A stretch of 64,000 nt of DNA from Candidatus Pacearchaeota archaeon (GTDB lineage Archaea; Nanobdellota; Nanobdellia; Pacearchaeales; GW2011-AR1): assembly GCA_964202455.1 (NCBI GenBank), contig CAXNIJ010000006.1, forward strand, positions 5,184 through 69,183, given 5' to 3'. The translations under genes were made by a program, and so were the position numbers. The notes beneath the pieces were generated by a model, which was not told the DNA's origin, did no database searches, and saw nothing but the letters and a program-made list of their open reading frames with translations. Numbering within the stretch: position 1 is the first letter of the stretch; every line of letters begins with the position of its first letter. Below are positions 37,401-47,924 of the stretch, in pieces.

Positions 37401-39212
37401 ATGGCAATTACTATTAATGGCATGGTTGCAAAAAAGAGCAAGAAAGACATTGGATTTTGGAAAACTTTTCAATTATATTGGAAAATAGCTAGACCTTATA
37501 GTTGGACTTTTATTTTTGTAGCATTTTTAGTTACTTTAATGAGTATGGTAAATGTTACTGAAAAGTTTCTATTCAAGATTATTGTAGATGATGGAGAATC
37601 ATATACTGCAGGAAAGATAGACGCAAGCGCATTTACAGGAGTTTTATTGATTATTGGAGCAATTTATTTGGGCAGTATCCTAGTTAATACTATTTGTCAT
37701 TGGTTAAAGCTTCATTTTATTAATCGTCTTGATGCGCGTTTAATTTATGACCTTAAAAGAAAATTCTTCAATCATATACTTGGTCTGTCTCATCGATTTC
37801 ACACCACCCATAAAACTGGTAGTATGATTTCCAGATTAATGAGGGGTGGACGTGCGATGGAAAATCTCACCGATGCAATTATTGTGAATAGTATGCCTTT
37901 AGTAGTACAAATTGTGATTGTTGGAGCTTCTATTGCATATTTTGATAGATTATCTGCAATAGTTGTAGTTGCGACTTCTTTAGTTTTTATAACATATAGT
38001 CTTCTCATCCTCAAAGCGCATCAAAAACCGAGTGTTGTTGCTAATGATACTGAAGATAAAGAAAAAGGGATAATTAGCGATTCTTTTACTAATATAGATT
38101 CAATTAAATATTTCGGAAAAGAATATATAATAAAAAATAAATTCCAAGCCTTAGCTGAACAAACTCGTCAGAATTTCATAAAAAGTTGGGATTATTATAG
38201 ATACATGGAGGCTGGTCAGGGATTTATTCTAGGACTGGGAGTGCTTTTTCTTGTCTATTTTCCATTGCAGCAATTTATAGCTGGCACAATGAGTTTAGGA
38301 ACTATGATTTTCTTATACACGGTTTATTTTAACCTTGCTGAGCCCTTGTACGGATTTGTCTGGGGCGCTCGTCGCTTTTATGAGGGACTTGCTGATTTGA
38401 AAGGTCTTGCCGAATATGATCTTGTGAGTAATGATATTGTGGATGCACCAGGTGCTAAGAAGTTTAGTGTGGATCGCGCAGATATAGAATTTCGTAACAT
38501 CTCATTTACATATCACCAAAAAAAGATTCTCAATGGTCTGGATTTTACTATTGAACCGAATGAAAAAGTTGCTCTTGTTGGACATTCTGGAAGCGGCAAG
38601 ACAACTATTGTGAAACTGCTCTATCGTCTGTATGATGTTCAGCAAGGAGAGATTATAGTGAGTGGTAAAAATATTCGCGATGTGCAGCAAGAGTCTCTGC
38701 GCAGTGAACTTAGTATCGTACCTCAAGAATGTGTCTTATTTGACGATACACTCTATAACAATGTTGCTTTCTCAAACCCTGGCGCAAGTCGTTTTGAAGT
38801 GATGCGTGCATTTAAATTTGCCCAGCTTGATCGCTTTATTGCTTCTCTGCCTGAAAAAGAGAAGACTATTGTGGGAGAACGCGGAGTTAAATTAAGTGGG
38901 GGGGAGAAGCAGAGAGTCTCTATTGCCCGAGCAATCTTGGCAAATAAAAAGATACTCGTCCTTGATGAAGCTACGAGCGCCCTTGACTCAAAAACAGAGC
39001 ATGAAATCCAGAGTGACCTTGCAGAACTGATGAAGGGTCGCACCGCAATTATTATTGCACATCGCCTTTCAACCATTATGCGTGCCGATAAAATCATCGT
39101 TATGGATAAAGGAAAGATTTCTCAGATAGGCACACATCGCCAATTGATTTCAAAGCAGGGCATCTACCGTGAACTTTGGAACTTACAGAAAGGCGGATAT
39201 ATTGGAGAGTAA
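37401..39212 (+). CDS. ABC exporter, fused permease-ATPase (ABCB/MsbA-like)
   Basis: Six N-terminal TM segments. GHSGSGKTT, LSGGEKQRVSIARA, ILVLDEATSALD. Confidence 0.9.
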   Translation: MAITINGMVAKKSKKDIGFWKTFQLYWKIARPYSWTFIFVAFLVTLMSMVNVTEKFLFKIIVDDGESYTAGKIDASAFTGVLLIIGAIYLGSILVNTICHWLKLHFINRLDARLIYDLKRKFFNHILGLSHRFHTTHKTGSMISRLMRGGRAMENLTDAIIVNSMPLVVQIVIVGASIAYFDRLSAIVVVATSLVFITYSLLILKAHQKPSVVANDTEDKEKGIISDSFTNIDSIKYFGKEYIIKNKFQALAEQTRQNFIKSWDYYRYMEAGQGFILGLGVLFLVYFPLQQFIAGTMSLGTMIFLYTVYFNLAEPLYGFVWGARRFYEGLADLKGLAEYDLVSNDIVDAPGAKKFSVDRADIEFRNISFTYHQKKILNGLDFTIEPNEKVALVGHSGSGKTTIVKLLYRLYDVQQGEIIVSGKNIRDVQQESLRSELSIVPQECVLFDDTLYNNVAFSNPGASRFEVMRAFKFAQLDRFIASLPEKEKTIVGERGVKLSGGEKQRVSIARAILANKKILVLDEATSALDSKTEHEIQSDLAELMKGRTAIIIAHRLSTIMRADKIIVMDKGKISQIGTHRQLISKQGIYRELWNLQKGGYIGE

Positions 39213-39482
39213 AATTTATTTCGAGAGATTCTTTAGAACTTCTTATTTCTTTCTATTTCTTTGAGGATTATCTTTGCTCACTTGCGAAGCTTTCTTGAAG
39301 ATTTTTGTAAGGCTTTTTAGAGATACTGCTTTACTTGAAAACCTTGGAAATTAAAATATTTAAAGCTCCTTGGAAGGTTTTTTGCCAGAAATCTTTAGAA
39401 TCAAGCTCGATAATGAGATTATCTCTTCGTATTCTAATAATGTGCTGTTCTTTTGAATAGCTGAATGAAATCTTTTTCTTTT

Positions 39483-39701
39483 TTAGAACTGGAATGACCT
39501 TATTAAAAAAAATTCTGGAATTAGGAAATCTATATCGTTGACTCTTACTTTTTTATTCTGAGTATATGCAAAATAGGCAAGACACCCATACAGAAGCGGA
39601 TTTACCTTTAAGTCATTACAAAGATTAAGAATTTCACTAGTAAATTTCTTTAATTTTATAAAATGCTTTTGACTTGCGGGGAAACTATTTACTTGGATCA
39701 T
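39483..39701 (-). pseudogene. Possible truncated nucleotidyltransferase-fold gene fragment
   Basis: 72-aa ORF with YGCLAYFAYTQNKKVRVNDIDFLIP (G-x-x-A...D-I-D pattern). Coding-like sequence continues downstream in another frame. Confidence 0.3.
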
Positions 39702-39702
39702 A

Positions 39703-39975
39703 TTATTTAATAAGACTTCGTAGATACGTAACGCCTGCTAGTAGCAGACAGAGAATTCCCACAATTAGAAATCCAGTTTGCCAGAAGAAAAGTTCTTGGC
39801 TTGTGCAAGTGCGCATAGCGATAAAGCACTTTCCGAATATACAGAGATACTCGCAATCTCCTCTTTTAAGGATTCCTTGTGAAATCATTAGACCTAGGCT
39901 TGTAAAAACTACGCCAACTATGAGGGAAAGTAGCATTCCCAGTTTACTATTTTTTGGAAGAGATATGTCAGCCAT
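39703..39975 (-). CDS. Small two-TM membrane protein
   Basis: 90 aa with two hydrophobic helices. Preferred over the overlapping plus-strand ORF 39674-39991, whose product is low-complexity and basic. Confidence 0.45.
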   Translation of the reverse strand: MADISLPKNSKLGMLLSLIVGVVFTSLGLMISQGILKRGDCEYLCIFGKCFIAMRTCTSQELFFWQTGFLIVGILCLLLAGVTYLRSLIK

Positions 39976-40025
39976 ACTTTCAACAAGTTAGTTGAATTTA
40001 TAAAGTATTTCTTCATTATAATAAT

Positions 40026-40496
40026 ATGAAAAAGAGAAATGTGATAATTTTTATTGTTTGTTTGCTCATTAGTTATTTTGTTGCATTTATTGGAAGTTTA
40101 TTTATAATGCAAGGAATTAAAAGTGATTGGTATTTATCTGTGAAACCACTTATTACTCCTCCAGACTGGATATTTGGAGTTGTTTGGAACTTCATTTTCT
40201 TTTTAATTGCAATGTCTTTATTTTTTGCTTGGACTAGTGCAAAAAGTGAGAAAGATAGAAAAAGAATATTTCAAGTTTATTCAATAAATTTTGTGGCTAA
40301 TGCTTTTTGGAGTATTTTCTATTTCACGTTACATCAGCCCCTTTGGGCGTTTATTGATCTTGTCGTGGTAGGAATATCCATTTTGAGTATTATGCTAGCC
40401 ACTTGGGATGAAGACAGAAGAGTCACATTATTGCTTACACCATACTTTATCTGGATTTGTTTTGCTGGAGTTTTGAACTGGATGTCTATTGCTTAA
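40026..40496 (+). CDS. tspO: TspO/MBR tryptophan-rich sensory protein
   Basis: Five TM segments. PPDWIFGVVWNFIFFLIAMSLF and ANAFWSIFYF match the family pattern. Confidence 0.8.
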   Translation: MKKRNVIIFIVCLLISYFVAFIGSLFIMQGIKSDWYLSVKPLITPPDWIFGVVWNFIFFLIAMSLFFAWTSAKSEKDRKRIFQVYSINFVANAFWSIFYFTLHQPLWAFIDLVVVGISILSIMLATWDEDRRVTLLLTPYFIWICFAGVLNWMSIA

Positions 40497-40561
40497 TGAG
40501 TTATCCAATAGGTATATTCTAGTTCAATAATATTTAAATTGTATCTTTTGATTTATTATTT

Positions 40562-40930
40562 ATGGGTAAATCCTCTAAGGTAGTTTTTGTTCGAGAAGGA
40601 GAGCATCATGCGGTTTTTATTAGTAAAGAATTGTCTTCTAATTCTATAATAAAAATGCATGAATCTCTTAAAAATAAAAATTTGATGCAGAGTCGTGAAG
40701 ATTTTATTTTAACTGGACCTAATCTTTATCATATTAATGGATGTACTGCAGTATTATCTAGTGATCCTTATTCATATCTTATTCGGCTTGAAATAACTTC
40801 AAATGAAGCAGATAAACCCGTACATCTACTAGATGAAGTTTTAAGATATTCTGGGTTGACTAGGAAGACAACAGAAGAAAATATTGTCCAAGATAGAATT
40901 TTAAACCTCTCGAATAGATTCTATTCCTAA
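40562..40930 (+). CDS. Hypothetical protein (122 aa)
   Basis: ORF only. Confidence 0.45.
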   Translation: MGKSSKVVFVREGEHHAVFISKELSSNSIIKMHESLKNKNLMQSREDFILTGPNLYHINGCTAVLSSDPYSYLIRLEITSNEADKPVHLLDEVLRYSGLTRKTTEENIVQDRILNLSNRFYS

Positions 40931-40941
40931 TTTTTAACGAC

Positions 40942-41553
40942 TTATTGACTATAAATTTTAGAAACCGGTGTTTGTTGTAACACTGAATGGTAAGTTGGAG
41001 TGTATTTGTAAATTAATCCTGTGGTTAACAAAGATCCTGCTATTGCAATTGCGCCTAAAGATTTCTTCGCCTTTGATGAAAGAGATTTAATTCTTTTTGG
41101 TAAACGTGGCGAAGGTTCTATATCTATTAAATCTCTAAATCCATCTACTGAGTAATTAGATAACCAGCTAGTGGCAACACTTATTCCCATTGCAGTTATT
41201 GTTCCAGTAGCCAATTGTTCAAGAGAATGAATGCCTGAAGCATAATATATTCCTGTTGAAGCAAACGCACTAAAAGTTATCCCATAAGCAGTATCATGAA
41301 TTCCTATATGACTTTCTGGACTTTCTTGAGTTATATTGAAATATTTTCTCGAATGATCTCTTAATATAGTTGAAAGAGACCCAATGCCTGCAAAAGTAAT
41401 TGCGTTCCCGATTAATCTGGCGTCTATTGAAATTGAATGTGGCAGGTGAAGCAGAGTTTTTTCTATTAAAGTGTATGCCGGATTACCTATAGTTACTAAT
41501 GCAGTACAATCTACTAAATGCTGTTTTAAATATTGCCCTATATTTTTTGACAT
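40942..41553 (-). CDS. Hypothetical multi-pass membrane protein
   Basis: 203 aa with several Gly/Ala-rich hydrophobic segments. Confidence 0.5.
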   Translation of the reverse strand: MSKNIGQYLKQHLVDCTALVTIGNPAYTLIEKTLLHLPHSISIDARLIGNAITFAGIGSLSTILRDHSRKYFNITQESPESHIGIHDTAYGITFSAFASTGIYYASGIHSLEQLATGTITAMGISVATSWLSNYSVDGFRDLIDIEPSPRLPKRIKSLSSKAKKSLGAIAIAGSLLTTGLIYKYTPTYHSVLQQTPVSKIYSQ

Positions 41554-41640
41554 GGAACTAAGTTAAATAATCCTAGTTTTTAAGTGTTTGTTTTATCTTA
41601 ATAAAAAATTCTACGCATACTGGTTTAGGGATCCTCTTTT

Positions 41641-43035
41641 CTAAAAATTACTTTTTACTTTATCAGCGGTACTTAATCGATAGGGAGACCCCATTACTTG
41701 ATTGAGGGGAATTTGTTCGATAGAGACCTGCTCATGAATGGGAATAGGAGTTGACTCTTTCTGCCGTTTATTATATACGCGCATACCTTCTACTCCTAGC
41801 CAACCAAAAAGCCCGACCACCCAAGCTGTTGTAAGGGCGCGTTTCCAATTGTACTTTCCCAATTTAATTCGAGAAGACCTGCTCCATCTTTGATTTGGGG
41901 ATTCATATGAAGGCGTGAGGCGGCGCCCGGATGCCCAGAATGATTCGCGCTCTATCCTAGGACCCATCTTTTCTCTTTCTATCTTCTCATGATCAATCTT
42001 AGCCACTTCCTTGTTTATATAATTGATAGGTGTGATTGTATATTGTTTCTCACTATCGGACTTTTTGAGATCTTGCGAAGACACTGCTACGGGCTTTAGG
42101 GGCTGTTGATGGATGACTTCTTTGATAGAGTGAAGGTTGCTCGAATACATTGAGGCAGGACTTTGCTCAATTGCTGCTCCATAGGTATTAAACTGATAGA
42201 CTTCTGTTTGATTTGAAAGAGATGGAAGTGTGACGAGGTCAGTTACTGAAGCAGGAATATCTTTGCTAGCGTGCGGCTCCGTTTTTACGTGTCCGTTTGA
42301 AGATAGAATAGCATTTCTCGTTGAATCTGAAAATTCAGGTAAGAGGTTTTGTTGTCTTGAAGGAACAGCATCATAGTGTGGAAGAGTTACGGGAGAATAA
42401 TCTAAAAAGAATATGAGAAGACTCTCTTCACGGTTTGATCTCTCTCGCAGAGCGAGTTCTAGTGATGGAGTTATAAATGGAGTGCGCTTTGTATCTATTT
42501 TTTTGATGAACTCATATTCCTTTGAGGTAATATTCTCTTTTCCATTACTAATGAACTTAGAAAGTTGTCCTCGTGCTGTTCGAAGAACGGTAAAAGGATT
42601 CTCTGTATCATACTGAGTAGGTTGCAGGTGTTTCTTACCCACACCGAGTTTATCTTTTTGATGGAGTGATTCTGTAAAACTTGTCTTGAGAATATCTCGC
42701 GCCTGATCCAATGCTGCATAGGCATCCTCTTTACCTATCAGACCTGATTCATAGTACTGTTTAACTATTGTTCCAAGATTTCTCGCCCGATGTGCTGCGA
42801 AATTAATACGGTCACGACTTCTTGTAACTCTTTCTTGTTTGCCATTGACAGTCGTACGTTCATAGGTTCTTCTTGCAAGACCACGCAAATTTTCGAGTTC
42901 TTGTGTAATAACGGCGTACTGGCCGTTTGCGGGAAACGCCCCATAGGCTGCATCAACTGCTTTGATACGTTCTTCGCGTCTTGAGAGCGTAGGTGCAGAG
43001 AGCACACGACTTTTATCAATTTGAGCTATATTCAT
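41641..43035 (-). CDS. Hypothetical protein with C-terminal TM anchor, G+C-rich
   Basis: 464 aa. TM segment ALTTAWVVGLFGWLGVEGM. A 60-nt sample at 41881-41940 counted 34/60 G+C. Confidence 0.55.
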   Translation of the reverse strand: MNIAQIDKSRVLSAPTLSRREERIKAVDAAYGAFPANGQYAVITQELENLRGLARRTYERTTVNGKQERVTRSRDRINFAAHRARNLGTIVKQYYESGLIGKEDAYAALDQARDILKTSFTESLHQKDKLGVGKKHLQPTQYDTENPFTVLRTARGQLSKFISNGKENITSKEYEFIKKIDTKRTPFITPSLELALRERSNREESLLIFFLDYSPVTLPHYDAVPSRQQNLLPEFSDSTRNAILSSNGHVKTEPHASKDIPASVTDLVTLPSLSNQTEVYQFNTYGAAIEQSPASMYSSNLHSIKEVIHQQPLKPVAVSSQDLKKSDSEKQYTITPINYINKEVAKIDHEKIEREKMGPRIERESFWASGRRLTPSYESPNQRWSRSSRIKLGKYNWKRALTTAWVVGLFGWLGVEGMRVYNKRQKESTPIPIHEQVSIEQIPLNQVMGSPYRLSTADKVKSNF

Positions 43036-43091
43036 AAGAGGAAGGCAAATTGACCCTTAATATATGTTACGTTGTATTACTTACTATAACT

Positions 43092-44973
<1,882 letters not shown>

Positions 44974-45035
44974 TTAATTGTAGACAATACGGGGTTTTTA
45001 AAGTCTTTTGTGATGGAGTATATTGAAAAAACAGT

Positions 45036-46223
45036 TTATTTACTACGTTTTAAGGCTTCGAGGCCAGGTAATGGCTCGCCAGTAAGATAAGCCATAAGTG
45101 CGCCTCCTGAAAGGCTGATTGAAGAAAAATTATTTGGAATGTTGTAGGTCATGAGAGTAGTGGTTAGATGACCTCCACCTAGAAGAGAATAAGTTTTCTT
45201 ATTTTTTGTTTGAGAAGAAATATATTTAAGAATTTCTACCGTACCTTTGCTAAATAACGAATTTTCACAGAAACCTAAAGGTCCTTTCACAAATATTGCG
45301 CTTGCACGTGCGATATGTTCTTTAAATAGGGCTATTGTTGTTGAACCAATATCCAAGAGTTTTTCTTCGATTGGTGCTTTTTCTAACAATATTTCTTCTC
45401 TTTTTTTAGTGCCTATTGCAAAATCTATTGGGAGAATTATTTGATCTTTGTACTTGTTAAGAAGATCTTTCAATTTTGGAAATAGTTTATCGTATCCTTT
45501 TTCTTTAAGCCATTTATTTTCATACCCTAAATCTATTCCTTGACAAGCTAGAAATGCATTACCTAAAACTCCTGAAGCTAAAATCTTATTATTTTTCTCA
45601 TTTAATACTTTGAAGAAAGATATATAGTCCTCTAATTTTGACCCTCCGAGAAGGTAAACTTTCTTTTCGCTTTTGTCTTTTACAAAATGATCTGCTGCAA
45701 TTATTTCTTTCTGAAAAATTCTACCCATTGTACTTGGAAGAAATTTTGGAGGAAAAATTATACTGCCCTGCGCTCTATGTGATACAGAAAACGCGTCGTT
45801 AATAAATAAATCGAATTGTTTACAAAACTTGAGATAATTATTTTTTTCATATTTAATATCTTCATCTGGATAGAAACGAACGTTTTCAAGAAGTATTGAA
45901 TCGCCTCCTTTTAGATTTTCTATTGCTTTTTGTGCTTCTTTTCCGAATAAATCTGGACAAAATTCTATTTTACTCTTAACATGACTTGCGAGAATTTCTG
46001 CATGATCTTTAAGAGAGATACAGTCTGTATCTCCTTTTCTACCTTGATGAGCTATAATAATTACTTTTGCTTTTTTCTTAATGAGCTCTGAAATTGTTAT
46101 TGCGTGTTCTGTAAAACGAGGAGAATCTAGGGGTTTATTGTTTATCAGTGCGGCATTTATGTCTATTCTAATAAGGATTCTTCTATTTGATAATTCGTAA
46201 TTGTCGAGTGTTTTGAGTGCCAT
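45036..46223 (-). CDS. pgk: Phosphoglycerate kinase
   Basis: RIDINAA...IIIAHQGRKGD, LENVRF, NDAFSVSHRAQGS, GGGH. Confidence 0.9.
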   Translation of the reverse strand: MALKTLDNYELSNRRILIRIDINAALINNKPLDSPRFTEHAITISELIKKKAKVIIIAHQGRKGDTDCISLKDHAEILASHVKSKIEFCPDLFGKEAQKAIENLKGGDSILLENVRFYPDEDIKYEKNNYLKFCKQFDLFINDAFSVSHRAQGSIIFPPKFLPSTMGRIFQKEIIAADHFVKDKSEKKVYLLGGSKLEDYISFFKVLNEKNNKILASGVLGNAFLACQGIDLGYENKWLKEKGYDKLFPKLKDLLNKYKDQIILPIDFAIGTKKREEILLEKAPIEEKLLDIGSTTIALFKEHIARASAIFVKGPLGFCENSLFSKGTVEILKYISSQTKNKKTYSLLGGGHLTTTLMTYNIPNNFSSISLSGGALMAYLTGEPLPGLEALKRSK

Positions 46224-46232
46224 GTGTATGAA

Positions 46233-47261
46233 CTATCTCTTAGACTTAGAATATTTCTTTGTAGATTTTTCAGTTTCAAGAATCATTTGGGCAACATCAA
46301 CTAGACGATGAGAATAGCCCCATTCATTGTCATACCACCCGGCAATACTAATCATATCGTCAATTACTTGAGTAAAATGAGAGTTGAATATTGCTGAATG
46401 AGTATTTCCAATTATATCGGTTGAGACCAGAGGTTCATCTGAATATTCTACAATGCCTTTGTAATCTGTTGATGCTTTTCTTTTGAATACTGCGTTGACA
46501 TCTCTTGGAGAAACTTTCTTTTCTACTTTAGCCACTATACTGGTAATTGAACCGTCTATAACTGGAACGCGTAGTGCATAGCCATCTATTTTTCCTTTTA
46601 GTTCTGGAATACTTTCCACTACTGAAATTGCCGCCCCAGATGTTGTAGGGATAATATTTATTGCCGCTGCCCTTCCGCGAGCCATATCCCCCTTATCATG
46701 AGAATCTATTAGATGCTGTGTCGAAGTATATGCATGGGTTGTAATAAAAAATGCACTCTTTAGATTATAAGCTTCATGAAGAATTTTAATCATTGGCGCA
46801 GTGCAATTGGTTGTGCAACTTCCAGCAGAGATAATTTTATGTTCTTTTTTAAGAGACGCACCATTTACGCCTGGAATTATTGTGCAGTCAGCGTTTTTTG
46901 CAGGTGCTGAAATTAGAACTTTCTTTGCTCCTGCCTTAATATGTTTCTCTGCATCTTCTTTTTTTGTGAATAATCCTGTACATTCCACAACTAAATCAAT
47001 TTCTTCTTTTTTCCATGGAAGCTTAAGAGGATCTGTCTCATGAACTGTGAGGAACTTTCTTTTTCCTATTGTCAAATATTTTCCGTCGTGAGAAATTGGT
47101 TCTTGGAAAGGAGTATGAATAGAATCGTGCTTTAAAGTGTAAACAACATAATCTGGATCTCCGAGTTCATTTATTACAATATTCCAAGGAACATTTCTCT
47201 TTAAACAGGCTTGAAGAAAGAGCTTACCGATCCTACCTAGACCATTAATAGCTACGTTCAT
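46233..47261 (-). CDS. gap: Glyceraldehyde-3-phosphate dehydrogenase, type I (bacterial/eukaryal-like)
   Basis: VAINGLGRIGK, SAGSCTTNC (active-site Cys), WYDNEWGYS. Confidence 0.9.
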   Translation of the reverse strand: MNVAINGLGRIGKLFLQACLKRNVPWNIVINELGDPDYVVYTLKHDSIHTPFQEPISHDGKYLTIGKRKFLTVHETDPLKLPWKKEEIDLVVECTGLFTKKEDAEKHIKAGAKKVLISAPAKNADCTIIPGVNGASLKKEHKIISAGSCTTNCTAPMIKILHEAYNLKSAFFITTHAYTSTQHLIDSHDKGDMARGRAAAINIIPTTSGAAISVVESIPELKGKIDGYALRVPVIDGSITSIVAKVEKKVSPRDVNAVFKRKASTDYKGIVEYSDEPLVSTDIIGNTHSAIFNSHFTQVIDDMISIAGWYDNEWGYSHRLVDVAQMILETEKSTKKYSKSKR

Positions 47262-47282
47262 AAATCACCTGCTCTTTCATAG

Positions 47283-47636
47283 TTAATTATGGTGAAGGGT
47301 ATATTTAAAGTTGGCGGTTTTGTACAACTTAAGAGTATCACTTATAAGGAGAGCCACGATGACCATTAGAACAGCTATTGAGATCGGATTATAACTTATT
47401 GCTCTTTCGAAATCTCCTTTTAATAAAGATGAAACTCCTCTTGTGATTCCTTTTGAATAGCAATGATCTCCTAAAAATTTTGAACAAATAGAAAGATCGG
47501 GCATATTTTCTAAGATTGAAACTGGAATAATGGCTAATGTCAATAGAACTATTGGAAAAACTAGTATTCTATACTTGGGTTCGGATAATGAGATGACTTT
47601 AATAAAAGAGTTACTTTCCTTCGAGATCTTGGCCAT
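47283..47636 (-). CDS. DUF2752-like small membrane protein
   Basis: CSKFLGDHCYSKGITRGVSSLLKGDFERAISYNP resembles the CPxCGxTRA...G.....A...NP pattern of DUF2752, with the second Cys pair degenerate. Confidence 0.45.
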   Translation of the reverse strand: MAKISKESNSFIKVISLSEPKYRILVFPIVLLTLAIIPVSILENMPDLSICSKFLGDHCYSKGITRGVSSLLKGDFERAISYNPISIAVLMVIVALLISDTLKLYKTANFKYTLHHN

Positions 47637-47832
47637 CTACATCCTTAAGCTTGTGAGTTGCAATTAATATGAGATCTATAAACCACCAAATTCCGCAACC
47701 ACCAAAAGTTATTAATTTAAGAATTCCTAAACCAATATACCCCATGTAAAATCGATCTACTCCCAAGCTTCCTACAAAAATAGAAAGTAGGAGTGCAACC
47801 ATATAACTTCTCTTTTGCTTCTTTTCAACCAT
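47611..47832 (-). CDS. TM2-domain membrane protein
   Basis: LLSIFVGSLGVDRFYMGYIGLGILKLITFGGCGIWWFIDLILI. Confidence 0.8.
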   Translation of the reverse strand: MVEKKQKRSYMVALLLSIFVGSLGVDRFYMGYIGLGILKLITFGGCGIWWFIDLILIATHKLKDVDGQDLEGK

Positions 47833-47924
47833 GATATTCTTAGGAAAGTTTGGTTTAAAAATGTGTCGCCCTTATTTCTTTTTTACGATTTATTGGTGTC
47901 ACTTAAAAGGGATATTGAGAAATA

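Noticed and set aside
39674-39991. 105-aa plus-strand ORF
   Set aside because: It overlaps the minus-strand 90-aa two-TM ORF almost completely. Its product is Arg/Ser/Pro-rich with no hydrophobic core. I preferred the minus-strand reading, with low confidence for both.
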